DNA from: Paraglomus brasilianum
Taxonomy: Eukaryota
Direction of reading: 5' to 3'
Assembly (NCBI GenBank): GCA_910592345.1
Contig: CAJVPI010000068.1
Coordinates: forward strand, 1 to 61,875
DNA: 61,875 nt
Under the pieces are notes generated by a model. The model saw only the letters and a list, made by a program, of their open reading frames with translations, was not told where the DNA came from and ran no database searches. Both the position numbers and the translations under genes were made by a program. Below, one piece after another: positions 14,948 through 28,412 of the stretch (within the stretch, counting starts at the first letter, position 1; each line of letters begins with the position of its first letter).

Positions 14948-15042
14948 TGTTGTACATCAGTTGGGGACCTGTCTCAGTTCGGAACCCAGTAACTCAGTCC
15001 AGAGCGTCCAGAACTGAGACAGTCCCCAACTGATGTACAACA
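14948..15042. mobile_element. 95-bp foldback MITE with ~32-bp inverted repeats, TGT...ACA ends and apparent 4-bp TSD (GATA)
   Basis: tgttgtacatcagttggggac(c)tgtctcagttc ... gaactgagacagtccccaactgatgtacaaca; gata on both flanks. Confidence 0.8.
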
Positions 15043-17008
15043 GATATAACCATAGAAGCCAAGCCGCATACATTAGTATTGACGCATTTATAGCTTAAAT
15101 TATAGGTAAAACTATTACTATTACCGACCTCTCGTGTTGTCGATACAACCAGGTCGGGATGCCAGTAAGGGCAAGAGGAATAAGAGCAATCTTATTTATC
15201 GTTCAGTAATAGAAGTACGACGTACTATTTGTATCCCCATAAAATCGGCCAGTTGTGACAGAATGAGCGATAAATGCCGACAATTTTCTCTCGCGACGGT
15301 AAGATTACCATGTAAGAAGAAGGGATAGCCATGAAGCAATCGATTCAGAGTTTATCTTTTGGAAGAATTAGTTGGCACCGTGTACAGAGTTATCTCAGAT
15401 CAACATTGTCTGTAATAAAGAAACTCGTGAACGCGCGGTTTTGGGTGACTGTCGTCAACAAAAGTGTTTCAACGATACTAGCTTGTGGCAGCATCTTGAG
15501 CGTCTAGTATTATAGATTTAAAGAGGTCAATATTGATATACAATTGCTTTATTAGCTTACCAAAAAAGGTGTCGAGCTCGCCGCTTAAAATTTACTTTGC
15601 CTTCCAAATCGCTCACATCACCATAAACACGTTTAATCGTCATTTAAAGTGTCTCACAAAGACATTAGTATTTCAGATTTAGAAAATCAGAGTATCCAAG
15701 CAACAAGAATACTCGGATAGATATAAAAGACTATACGGAACCTTGTCCATAACGATGTATAATAGATATCAAAGCTAACCTTTACAATCCGCTGCATGAC
15801 TTCTTTGGAAAGTGCTATGTAAAAATATATGCATTAGTTTTCAGGAAATAAAACTGTACCTGATATAAAGTCACGCCGATAAATCTCTGTTGTGATACTT
15901 GTTTAACGCGTTTTATAATTCTGTCGAAACATACAAACGTATTCTATGTTAACTGACAAAGTCATGGAAAATAATATAGCCAAATTATATTAATTACTTG
16001 TCTGACAGCAATTTGATCGACTATCTGTTTGAATGGTAACAATCTTCAACCGAGAACGCTTGCATATGAATTAAAGGGCAACCGTGTACAAAACTTGAAT
16101 GTATTGACTACTATACATATGACAACATATATGTCGCGGATACGCGTTGATATGTACTATATATGTCTATATATCCATTTGATTTCTGCAGTCCTATGTT
16201 CTACCTATATACGAAAGCAAGTATTATAATTTATGGTTTACATTAATTAGTAACAGAAATCGGTCGAAAATCGGGTTAGAAACGCTTATACGAAAGAAAA
16301 AGTTAACGCGCCTTAGATAGTCATATCACCCTCAAATAATTCAACGTTAATGATAATTTTTACATTTGGCAGCAGCATTCGACTTTGTGAGAGAATGGAT
16401 AAGACATGGATGTGAAAGCACGCGGTAGAGTCTTGATAAAATCCGTAGTCTATCAAATTGCTAAATCTATAATAGCAGATTCTCTTCTTGGTTGATTTAC
16501 AGCAAGAAAGAAATGGTTTACAAACGACTGTATACCATTACAGGTTTCTCTAACTGTAATTGTCAATAAAATCTGAAAAGTAAGTTAATATTTGACTGAA
16601 ATTTGCTCGCTTCACATCAAATCCATCCGCTGTTGAACTATCATTTGTCGGCATTAATGTGAGAACTTTATTTCATCGTCTATTTTGGAAAGGAGTAGAA
16701 GGCTACAAACGAATCATCTACCCTGACATATTACAAGCAGGATAATAATGAACGTACAACTAATACATGCATTAACAAACCATCAATTACAGGTTCATAC
16801 ATAAAATTACTTGGTAAATATTACGAATCTTTAGCGGAATGAGAAAATATACAAGTGTCCATGAGAATATATATCAGCAAGGTGAAGTAAGAGTGCTATA
16901 TCATGAGAGTATGAAATATAAAAATACAAAGTGAAAATATGGTAGGGATTTCGTTAAAAAGTAGATGAATGCATTGATCAGCTCTTCATTGCATCATCTC
17001 TTTTCTTT

Positions 17009-17666
17009 TTAAAAACTCTCTTCCTTCACATCATCCTTGATTTTACTCCATCGACCTGGGTTTTGACTCTTCATTGATTTAACAGCTTGGTTTAGTCTAG
17101 CAGGCGTTTGAATCATGCTCAAGTACCGTTCCCAAGTATCGGAACAGCGCGACGAGCGCGACGATTTTATGTGGGATGGCGATGGTGGAGTAAGATCGAT
17201 TGTTTCGAGTGGCGTCATGCGGGAGGTTTCCGTTGGATTGGCGAGATTTGTCTGGTTCTGTTTGTTAGTAACGTTAAAAGTTAGAATTACCAAACGATAA
17301 TCTTTTACAAAAAATATCAAACCGCATTCGCATGCTCTTTCTCTTTCCCCTTCTCTAGCGCATTGTACATACCTGAATCTTTTTAGCCCTTCTTCTCATA
17401 AACCATCTAATACCAGACCATCCAGCAAGTAAACTGCCTAGAACAAGTGCTACGACAACTATAATGACGACCAGTTGTATAATGTTCTTACGATCATCCT
17501 CTTTGTCACTTGCGTCTACCAAATCCCGTTTCGCAGGTACGGCAGTAATATTACCGTGGAATAACCCAACCATAATCGGCACTGCCGAGACGGTTAATGA
17601 TTGGTGGAGGAAGGCAAGAAGAGTATAGAGGAAGAAGGATGACGGTTTATGAATGTTTAGAGCCAT
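17009..17666 (-). CDS. Orphan single-pass membrane protein with N-terminal signal peptide (180 aa; exons 17666-17373, 17257-17009)
   Basis: Hydrophobic N-terminus ending TVSA|VP; TM segment IIQLVVIIVVVALVLGSLLAGWSGI followed by RWFMRRRAKK; intron CAG|GTATGT...TACTAAC...CAG joins the two ORF-track fragments in frame. Confidence 0.75.
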
Positions 17667-19824
17667 TGTTATTTTCGCAAGGTAGTGTAATGGGATTATG
17701 AGATTAATAGATTTTTCGCCTGTAGTGCAGTTCCGATATATGTATATATATATATATATATATGTATATATAGTCGATGGATAGTTCTATGGATGGTGTA
17801 TATTCCCGCTGTATTGATGTATTCTAATGCTTGTTCAATGTATCAGCATTATCCTGATAAGGCCAATTGCTAATATTCCCGATGAAAGGTTACTATGCCC
17901 AGTGTTCCTCTTGTTACCCTCGATCAACCGAAAGAAAGCAGTCGTCAAGACAACGCTTTCAGCCCGCGGTTGATGAAGTGTGAGGTGAGTTAAATAATAT
18001 CTCGACTAATTCGGTCTACTCCTCGACTTTGAGAAGAATGCTCCTATTAAATAAGGATAATTTGAGAGGTTAGGACAACGACATACATACATACATACAC
18101 ACACTCTCTCATGCATACAATTATAATTTGCGCGAAACGCACATACTCACTCTATTCTATTAGTATATTCGATTAATGCGGAGAAACTGGGACGTCGAGG
18201 TATTTTATATAAAACCGAAATGCTCTTATTGTTGAGAATTTGAAACAAGGAAACGTGGGGATAAACAAAGAGGAAGAAGGGCGTGGAGGAGTTGGATGGG
18301 TGAATGATTGGTTTCAGGTACAATATAAAAGAATTCCGAAACTCAAACGAAGTATAGAGAATATAGTATGCTGTATAAATAGCCGCATGATGGAAGTCGG
18401 TCCAAGTTGAGAATGTATTGATCACCATCTATAATTAACAAGAGAATGCAAAATTGGCACTTACGCCAATAGGAAAAATTACACGAGCATAGCCTAATTA
18501 TAAGTTCGGTTGAAAGAAGTAACCGTAACAATCGTAAGGCCGATCCACAGCCAATAAATCCTAATAAGGCAATAAATAGCGTGTGAAGAGAGCAACAAGT
18601 TTCAAGGATTCCGATTACGAAAACGATGTTAGTACTATACCATTTGCAAATAGATTCAAGTCATATGAATTACTAGCTAGCGTTTACAGATTTAGAGCCG
18701 GAGATTATACGACACAATGGGGAAGCGAGAAGCACATACAAACTGCATGCGGCGCATAACAAACATTCAGCTATATGTACGGGTGAGGTGTACAATAATA
18801 ACCAAAGAATTGGCTGACAAAGAATGCTAAATTCAGTAACTGGTCTTTCCTTGTCCATATTAAAACCATCTCTCACACAACGGCCGGTGACAATAATGGT
18901 CATATGGTAGCACTATATAAGCAATTCTAACAATTTACGACAGTGCTCGTCGTTTTGGTCAGGGAACTTGGTATGTAAATGGCCACAACAGCGTGAAATC
19001 CGTCCCTTGATTGAAAGACATGTGAGAACATAATTTCACATAGCGGTCTTCCCAACGGTTTACTGATCGATAACCCCACGACACAATAGCACGTTGTTTA
19101 TAGAACGAATTAATTGGGTTTCAAAAAGATAATTTATCTCAACGACCAATTTGCAAAATAAGACACTATTGTGTCAAGAAACTTTCGCAAAAAGCATTTG
19201 CTAGCCAATAAACGATAAATTAGACACAGTGTCGAATTGATAGCCTCCCCATCTACTTTAATTTAATGTGGATATTACTTTTTACAGTGAAACAGACGTA
19301 ATATCTCTCCCTTGTTACATACAACAATGATGTCACGATGGGAAAGGAAACCTTATTAATTTGATGTTTAAAAGGATATGAAACGTGCTGCAACAAGCAA
19401 ACACCAAGTTTCTATCTACTTTACGTTCTATTCTCTTAATAAGATTTACTTATCTATCCTAAATATGTTAACTACCGCGAGTAAGCAAAGGACACAAAGC
19501 CAGTAAATAAATGAAATACTAATTAGAAAATTTGAGGTTCAACAATGTTTATAATTTTATGGGACGAGTTTTCTAAGCAGTCTGTAATTTTCAGGCGTAG
19601 TAGTTACTGTTTAATATAACTTGTCTTTTCTCATTTAAGGTTATCTAAACTCACGATAGCCGTTTGTAGATTAATACAGTACATTAGTATCACGCTGCAT
19701 TGGAAAATGAAGAGTGTTAAGTACAAAAAGCCCATCTTAAGCAGTAGTCCGTGTGTGTCGACCACATTGAAAATCGAAATGTTCGGGACGGTTATTAAGC
19801 TCATTTCTTATTTCAGTTGGTTAA

Positions 19825-19960
19825 TACAGTCGAACCTCCATAAAAGAACCCTCTTTAAAGGAACAACCTCTCATAAAGAACATTTAATCGTAGACGACTC
19901 TGACTTATTAGTAAATGAATAAGCTCTATAATATAAGAGAACACCTCTATGATAGAACAT
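19825..19960 (+). mobile_element. pogo/Tigger-like TIR relic
   Basis: TA|CAGTCGAACCTC start with repeated ACCTCT...A(A/T)AGAACA sub-terminal units. Confidence 0.5.
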
Positions 19961-20742
19961 AGCTTGGAGTTTTATTGTCTAAACCTACGTAGAACATAAC
20001 ATGGCTGTCCCGACAATTTTAAGAATTAATATACAACTTGTCTCGGGTGATGCCAAACACAGATAATTATCCAAAATCACGCATTGCTAGCACATGCAAT
20101 TAATTATGCAGTTCGTCAATCTCTACTTTTAATTTTATCATAAAATGCAAATTTGGTATTAATGAAAAACTTTATCGAGAACAACCAAGAAAAACGAAAA
20201 ATAGAAATATCCCTTAAAACCGTCAATATTAACGCATGTCATATCAATACGACCCAACAAATGGCTAATTTTCAAGTCGTATGAAATTTGGCATGCTCCG
20301 GCCATGGAACTTCTCAAAAACGCTCAAGCGACCCATTTGTACTATATAACATGGTGACATACTTTACGTTATTAGGATTAGTATGTTGAATAATTTACAA
20401 AAATTAACTTTGGGATATTTATATCGATAATTAATATTCCCAATGAGAGTAAAATACTCTTATTTACACCCGAATTAGCAAACAAGTAAAATATCTTGTT
20501 TATTATTTATATAGAATGGACAAAAACTGTCACGATTGCTATTGTGAACACTCCTAGCGGCCAAATTTGCCGTTTAAGGGATAAAGCGAAGAATATAAAT
20601 AAATTTCTTTTCAATAACATGTCAAAAACTAGGCATTCTTTTTTACTTTATTTAAAGTAAAAATTTCTTTGACAATTAGATTAGAATGATTAATTTATAT
20701 GGTAGAAATTAATGGTAACCAAAAATTTCCTCAACCTTTAAA

Positions 20743-21540
20743 TTACTTCCTTACTTTCATTTTTTTCAGTTCTTTAACTTCAATTTGAGCAATTTGCCCA
20801 TTCCGCATGTTTTGTTGCTCTTTTAATTTCTTAATCTTATCCAATGACACTCGCTTCTGTTTTTTATTTTGCTTCTCGGATTTTTTGAAACTTATCCATT
20901 CCTCTCTTTCAATTTTTAATCCTTTGACAGTTCTCATTTTCTAGACAAGCACTAAAAGACTGAGTGATTAACTCTTTATCAGAAAATGGTTTAGTTGATT
21001 TAGCTTTTAACGCCTACAATCTATTTCTCTTTAACTTACCACATTTCTCACATCACAGAAGAGCATTACTTATATTATCAAATCTTTTTACACATAACCA
21101 TGGGCATGAATTTCCTTCAAACATGATAGCAGGTCTGGTAAATAGTTCCAATACTCTTGTTTCTTGGGAAAGCTGAGAAAAGCTCCTGTCTTTTAGTACT
21201 TTAATCTTCAGATAAAAAGCGAGTTAATTGATGTAGCATATAGTAAGAAATGCTACCAAACAAACTGAGCCTACCTTCAAAATGGTATGCTGGATTCCAC
21301 AATCAAGTATTTTAGCCAAGAAAGCAATGTCCAAGATGATATATAATCTGTACTTGAATGTAATTACCAGAGTCTGTTCTGATAGGTACTCCTTCGACAT
21401 CGCCATAATGTTGGTATGGAGGACTTTTTTCCTCCATCTTGGACAATAATTCATCGAAATACTGATCAACTTTCTTAACCATCAATGATGACAACTTAAT
21501 CTGACGGTATGAATGCGAATGTTCTTTGCCTTATCCCAAT
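20743..21540 (-). pseudogene. Decayed coding relic of unknown family, probably transposon-derived
   Basis: Protein-like fragments in shifting frames with stops (VKKVDQYFDELLSKME; SCPWLCVK; CEKCGK; Lys/Glu-rich coiled coil). Confidence 0.3.
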
Positions 21541-22360
21541 GTCGTTACGGTCAAATTTTTTTACGTGCTTTCTCTAAGCTCGACACGTCCCAGGATACGG
21601 TTGCTCAGCTGTTGTTATAAACAACGGTAAATCTGCTTACGAGGTAAGCTATTGGAATGGTTTCTCGCTAATATTCCTGACTATGCTATATTCTGTAAAT
21701 TCGATATGCAACAAGTAACTCAAGCAGTTTTCATTAGTAACCGTTGAGTAATTGCCAGTAATAATGCAGTAATCGCCAGCATTAGAAACTCTTCCGTAAA
21801 TACTGATAATAGAGTCGCGCGTATTTATCGAGAGACATTTATCTGGTATCTATGGCAAATTAAGCATGCGGTTTAAATTTGATGTTTACCAATGTTATAT
21901 CTGATACGTCTGATGCGTTAATTGTTGTGCGAGCAAATGTAAATATATGTCAGCTCTTCTTGTTAAGTTGTAGTATTTCTTGTCGCGTGATAATTTGTCG
22001 GTTGCGGTTCTTCGATCTTTGCTACTGGGCATTAGCAAAATATAAAAATAGAAAATTCTTATATACGAAAAAAGCTCAATAGGACTTAATATTAAGCTTG
22101 AAATCTCGCGTAAAAATTATTGTCTTTGTTTATCGTTGATTGGTTAATAATCAAGATCGGTCAGTTATTTTGTGACATTATTCACGGTCACATAATTATT
22201 TTATTTTTATTACACTACTGCAATCCATGAACCCAAAAGACTTGATATTTTATTAAACATTTGTGTTCAAAACTTGTTGTACTGATACATACATGATAGA
22301 AATATTATTTTACACCGGATTTGATTATTCATCTAAAATACATTGCTAGAACTGCCTTGT

Positions 22361-24807
22361 TTAACTGTATGATTCCAACTCAAATATAGATTGACAAGGT
22401 TCTCCCATCTTATTATAAGCAGTTACCGTCATACTCACGTCACCGACGGATAGCTGGATATTAATCTCTCTAATCTCTCTGTCTAAGTACTCTACATCTG
22501 GAAGTCCCTATTGAGTGAAATTAATAAAGGCGAAAAGTAATTTACGTTAGTATTTTAAATAGATAAATTCAGAGGCTCAATGCTTCATAACAGTTACCAC
22601 AGTAAGAGTTCCATACAACTGAACCTCGTCCTCATCAAAATACGGCACATTCTCCGCGGTTTTGGACGGCCCGCCCGTACATGTGAGTGAGTCGTCCGTT
22701 TGCGTTTCCTCCTTTTTAGTATATATCTTCACTTTGAGTTCTTCTTGTTCCGGATCCACCTTAACCGTTGTTGAATAGATGGCGTTTATGCGTTGTTGAC
22801 CTCTTGGAACTATTGTTCTAAACAGAGGGACTGTCTCAGGGGGATTACCAACGTGATAGGACGAGTGAAGAGATGGTGAATATGGTGTGGGAGAACAAAT
22901 GCCATATGTTAAAGGTAAAACGCGTGTTTCCACCGAACTTGGATCAAGGGCTTGTCGTCAAAAGAAAAAAGAGAAGGAAAATATTACTATTACTGTCGAC
23001 AAAACTGTTAGGATTAACTAAAAAATACACACCATAGAATACCGAGCCTTTTAGTACGGCAGCTATCGGCTGAGCCGGAACTGTAATTTTCTTCACCTTG
23101 TCTTTAAACTCTTTTTTAATCCTCCTAACCAAATATTCGTTATTCGCAAACCCGCCAACGATAAACATAACGTCCAACTTTTCGCACTGAATAACCTGAT
23201 CGTTTATCAACTTGATAATCTTATCGACAATAGGGTCAAAGAAAGATTTAGCGACATCAAAAGTAACGTCTACAATCCATTCGACAGATTTGAGTTGGGA
23301 GAGGTAAGGCTCAGAGACGAGATATCTGAGATTGGGACAAAGTTCCAGTATATCTAATCGGAATGGCCGAAAATTTTCTTCGATGCCAGTAAATTCGTAT
23401 TTAACTTCCTTGATAAAAACATACAAAAGATATTTCCACTGTCCGTAATACTCTTTCTTCCACTTGGTCAATCCATCGATTCCAACAAGTTTGCCAAACC
23501 AAGCCTCAAATTCCTTCTCAACCTCCATTGCTCCACATATTTCGCCTGTCTGCATTGTGCATTCTCTTAATCTGTCATTTCCTATTAATTGCCTAACGGT
23601 CAATTGTACCGTTTCACCCCCACACGTTACAACAAGGAATTTGCACCCGACGTCTTCGTGATGGCCATGGAGTAACCGCATGCAGTATACGGCTGATGCT
23701 GCTGATTCGTAAACAAAGCGGAGGTTCGAGGAAGGGATTGAGAGGGCCTGCTCAAAGCATTCGCAAAGGAGTTTTTGGACAGAGGCAGAAAAGAACAACG
23801 GGATAGACAGTATAATAGAAGCATTTTTAGCTAAAGATAGAGATGGATAGACCGCCTGTAGAGCCTGTTGGAGTATCTGTAATGGAAAGAGATAAAATTG
23901 GCAATATTCTTAATATTCTCGTTGCACTTCGCTAACGGGTCGCTTTACTAACCGTTCCAAAATTTGTCAGATAGTCCACGACTGCCTTCTTCCATACTTC
24001 CAAGGCATCCTCCCCATCCTTGACAATATTCATCTTGAACGCTTCAAGTTCCTTGAAATTAGTATCCATTGAACCCATCAGTCGACGTCTTTTCCGTATC
24101 AATGACGCCTGAGCTTCTTCGCCCCATTGCACTGCTGTTTCTGTGATTGAATCATACAGGATACTAGTTGACGCTTTCAGATATCCTTGCCAACATGGCC
24201 TGTATTTGACAAGAGGCATAAGATAAACCAAATTCATGATAATGCAGACGGGATAAGAGCCATGCTCAAACTTACCAGTCATCAAAAATTTCAATCACAT
24301 TGGGATTTATGGCATCTGCATAGGCAAATCCTGAGGCTGTCGTCCCAAAATCTAAGAATCAAAGCGAATTGCGATAGTATCCCGCTTGTTATTCTCTTCT
24401 ATGTGCCATATTTATTTTCTTCACATTGAATTCTTCATTTCTCTGTAAGAATACTTACCAATTCCTACAATGACAATTGTTCCCTCCATTTCTTTACTTC
24501 TTTCGACGTTTTTTACACCATTTTTTTTTCTCGAATTTGATATTCTCCTATCTTTCTTTGTAGGCGTCTCTTTTTTCGTCTTGTCCTTTACACCAGATAC
24601 CGGAGACGCCGAACGAGTAGACGATGATGAATTGGATACTCGAGATACAAGCGTGGGACGTGTAGAGTAATGAGATGCCGGACGGGGACGGTTAGTTGCA
24701 TCGCTGCGGGGGACTCTGGCGGTGCTGATCAATAGCGGAGCACGAAATTCTTTTGGCACTGGTGAAGGTGGAGATTGGTCGGAATCTGACATTTCTGCTT
24801 GTTCCAT
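22361..24807 (-). CDS. Atypical Hsp70 (HSPA12-like actin-fold ATPase), 6 exons
   Basis: Spliced GI|DFGTTASGFAYA, KASTSILYD, VQWGEEA, ICGAMEVEKEF, MFIVGGFANNEYL, VPAQPIAAVLKGSVFYG, RVLPLTYGI; GT-AG introns restore one frame to TAA at 22361. Confidence 0.88.
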
Positions 24808-25439
24808 GGGGTTTGACCAAATAATTTAGAGAATAGTTAGAGTGATGGGGTTGAGATGGATTGATTGATTTAGCAAATACTGCTCATTTGCAATGTTGCG
24901 AACTCGCAGTTATTTCCTTTAAACTTTATAGTTTATATTTCGGTTACCTAAACGCAATAACCTTTGTCCTGCATTCAAGATGGATTTGGAAATAATATTT
25001 ATATGGTTAAGGCGCTTGAGAATTCCATTTAGACTGACATATTTGGGCGCACAATCGTATGTAACCGCATATGAATAAATAGTCATTCAGCAGTTAGCGT
25101 ATACCAATAGTTATCGGTGCGCACAAGTTGATATGTTTGAGTTCTTGAAGCTTTCTGTCTCCTTTCTGAAATAGTTCTATATTCCTATTAAATGGGTTGA
25201 CTTTCCATTATTCAAGTATGAGGGTAATTAAGTTTCTTGGGTTCACAGTTAATAATTATCATGTCGATCAAACACAGGCCCAAATTTGGTGTAGCAAGCT
25301 TTGACATGATTTTCGTAATGAGGACATATTTGGACTGTGTCATTGTTCAGCACATAACAAAGAAGACTGAACCACTTCATATAAAAATATAAATTACACC
25401 ATCGAATGTTCCTTACCCACTCGCTCTGGATTAATCAAT

Positions 25440-27593
25440 ATGGTTGATAGCAACTTACTCTCTCCAATATCTGCGTACGATTCTAGAGGTCGTTCCAGTT
25501 TTCATTCACGCTCACGTTCAGTAAGCGGAGATCGTCGTCTTCAAGGTCGATCAATTACGCATTCACCATCGCCTAGTACGAAAAAGACGAATATTATAGA
25601 TGGAAATGTTAAGATTGTTTTTGGAATAGGTAATGTTTCATGTTCATGACAGCATCTTGTGGAGGAAGTACTCTGCTTCTACTTCACATGTCTCTCTCGT
25701 CTATTCTGCGCTAATTCATACCCTCTCCTCCCCTTCACTATAGACTTTGGTTCAACGTCCACTGGTTTTGCTTTCTGCAATGTACTAACTCCAAACATTA
25801 TAACCTCATTCGACTCGTGGCCACACCGTCGAGGTTCATACAAAACACCATCGGCACTCTTGTATGATGACAACCATAAACTCCTTGCATGGGGTGCACC
25901 TGCTCTGGCTGTTCGTCCGGCTAGACTACGGACTGCGGATAGAAAAAATGATGGAGACATTTGGAATAAAAATAATAGTAAACCTGTTGTGAATTTTAGA
26001 AATGCCATTTGTCAAGGCAAAAACGGAGGAGACAAGCTTAACTTGCCTCACGGTTTAACTAGTCCTGATGTTCTTACTGACCATCTAAGACAGATTACCA
26101 AGGTAGGCATGGGATGTGTTTATTCTGGGAATGGAGCCATTCCAACGTAATTATTCCAACATAATTAATTATACAATATGGTCATTTTGACATTAATTCC
26201 TACTAAATGCTTTCTTTTCCCCAATCTTTCGCATAGATGATCGAGAAATCACTTGACTTTAGGTGGCCAGGAATATCACTTCACGAGGAAGGAGCGATAA
26301 TCATGGTAGTACCGAACGGTACTGATGCTGCAGATCACATGCATATACGGATATGTGCTGCTAAAGCGGGACTTATCAATGCTGAGAATGGATTATTAGA
26401 GATAGTAACTGAAAGTATGTTGCTATTCCAGACATGAATTAATCATGTAGCTTTTTACTCGTATACGGTTACTAACTTGCCATTTTGTGCTTTCTCTAGG
26501 CGTTGCAGGGGCTCTTTACTGCCAACCTTTAATATCTCACCATAATCTCAAAACTGATTTCTTCGTCCTCAATAGTGGCGGTATCAGCAGCACACTATCA
26601 ACCTGTAAGGTTGACGAGCATTTCAATGTCTCTTCGGTCACTGATGTACTTACCCTACCCATAGGCTCAATTGATGTCGACAAAGAGTTTATTGACTTTC
26701 TAGAACGTAAACTCGGCTCGATTGCTATCCAAACTCTTAAAGAACAACATGACGGCCAACTTCAGTATCTGTTATTATATTTCTTCGATCAATTAAAAAC
26801 ACATTTTACGGGAAATGCAGAGACCTACACGCCGCTAGGGCTGGATTTGAAGGAATTTTGTCCAGCTGTTTGTAATCATATTCGAACAGATCTTAGACTG
26901 TTTCTAGAAGAGGATGACTGGATGCTTTACATTCAATATGAAGACGTGAAATCCTTTTTTGACAGTGTGATCAAAAAATTGTGCCATGAAATAAGTACTT
27001 ATGTATTATGGGATAGAAGTCCACAGAAAGTATTGTTCTTAGTTGGCGGATTTGCAGAATCAGAATACTTTGTCAACAGCATGCGCGACACCCTCCATCA
27101 GTTTTCTCTCATTGCTGTTCCCAATCAACCAATTACGGCTACATCCCGTGGTGCAGTACAATATGGTCTAAAAATCACTCGTACGTATGCTCGTGTACTC
27201 TTTTACACGTATGGAATCCAAGTTACTCGTCCATGGATGGCAAACGATTTACCCAGGGAAAGGGATGTCAATGGAAATGTTACCGTCTTTCATCCCATAG
27301 TTCAACGTGGAACCGAAGTGCCCGTTGGTCGCAAGTTTACTAAAAACATACACGAATACCGCAAAAGCACGAATCAGCAACTTGAGTATAAAGTTTATCG
27401 AACGACAAAATATGTTGGGAAATACTGTGATGAAGAGGGAATGGAATTGGTTGGAACAGTAAAGGTTTTGAACGTCTGTCATGTTAGGAAAGTCGAATTT
27501 TCTTTGACTTTTGAAAAATTGGCTGTTGTTGCTACTGCTGCAGCCAAAGAATGGGCGAAAGCTTATTCCCAAGAGTTTGTGACTGAGCTGTAA
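25440..27593 (+). CDS. Atypical Hsp70 (HSPA12-like), 4 exons (25440-25629, 25744-26103, 26237-26414, 26500-27593)
   Basis: GI|DFGSTSTGFAF, YKTPSALLYD, LAWGAPA, IGSIDVDKEF, LFLVGGFAESEY, VPNQPITATSRGAVQYG, RVLFYTYGI, FHPIVQRGTEV. Confidence 0.9.
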
Positions 27594-28412
27594 TTAGAAA
27601 GTTAGGGCGATAAATCGATTAGATATTTGTAAGTATATAATAAACCCGCGATTTTGTATTTATTTGCACACAGTTTAGTAAAACTATTCAAACCAAAATA
27701 AAATATATTCACACTTTTATCGAGAAGTAGTATTTGAAAGTAGGTCGAATTATTATACTCGCTACAGAAGCTTCCAAGTTGCGTAAATTTGACAATTTCT
27801 ATAATTGCCTCATGCATTGCCTTATGCATTGCCTCAATTCCATTCAATGGCTTCTCCAAATTCCCCAGCTGAATTCACAACGATTCCGCCTACTACGAAT
27901 TGAATAATGGGTTGCCCGGCTATGCAAGACGGACATAACCAGAGTTGACTGTATTGCAGAATTACCAGAGGAACTTGATGTAGAGCGTGCACTGAAACCG
28001 TTAAAGTGGTTGCAATGCATTTCGAATTAATTGCCTCGTCTTGTGAATAGTTGCAAGTGTGAAAATAATGAGATAACGAGTTTACAAGATATCACTGGTC
28101 TATTCCATCAATTCATGGTTGATAGAAAGAACGCTTTTTAATGTTCATCTAATATAACTCGTATTGAACCTTTCTTACTTCTTTCGCGCGAAATTCATCT
28201 TTTATATTGTTTAACCCTTTTGTTGCAAATACATCCATCTTGATGCTAATATCCCTTCACACATACGTGCGTCCTTTTATACAATGAGTATTTTATATTT
28301 AATTAAGAAAAAAAAATACAGAATCTAACTGTCAATAGAAACATGGGACTTGATTACATGAGCCGAATAATAGATTAGAGTTGTGTTCAATGCCGTCATT
28401 CATTAGTTTACA

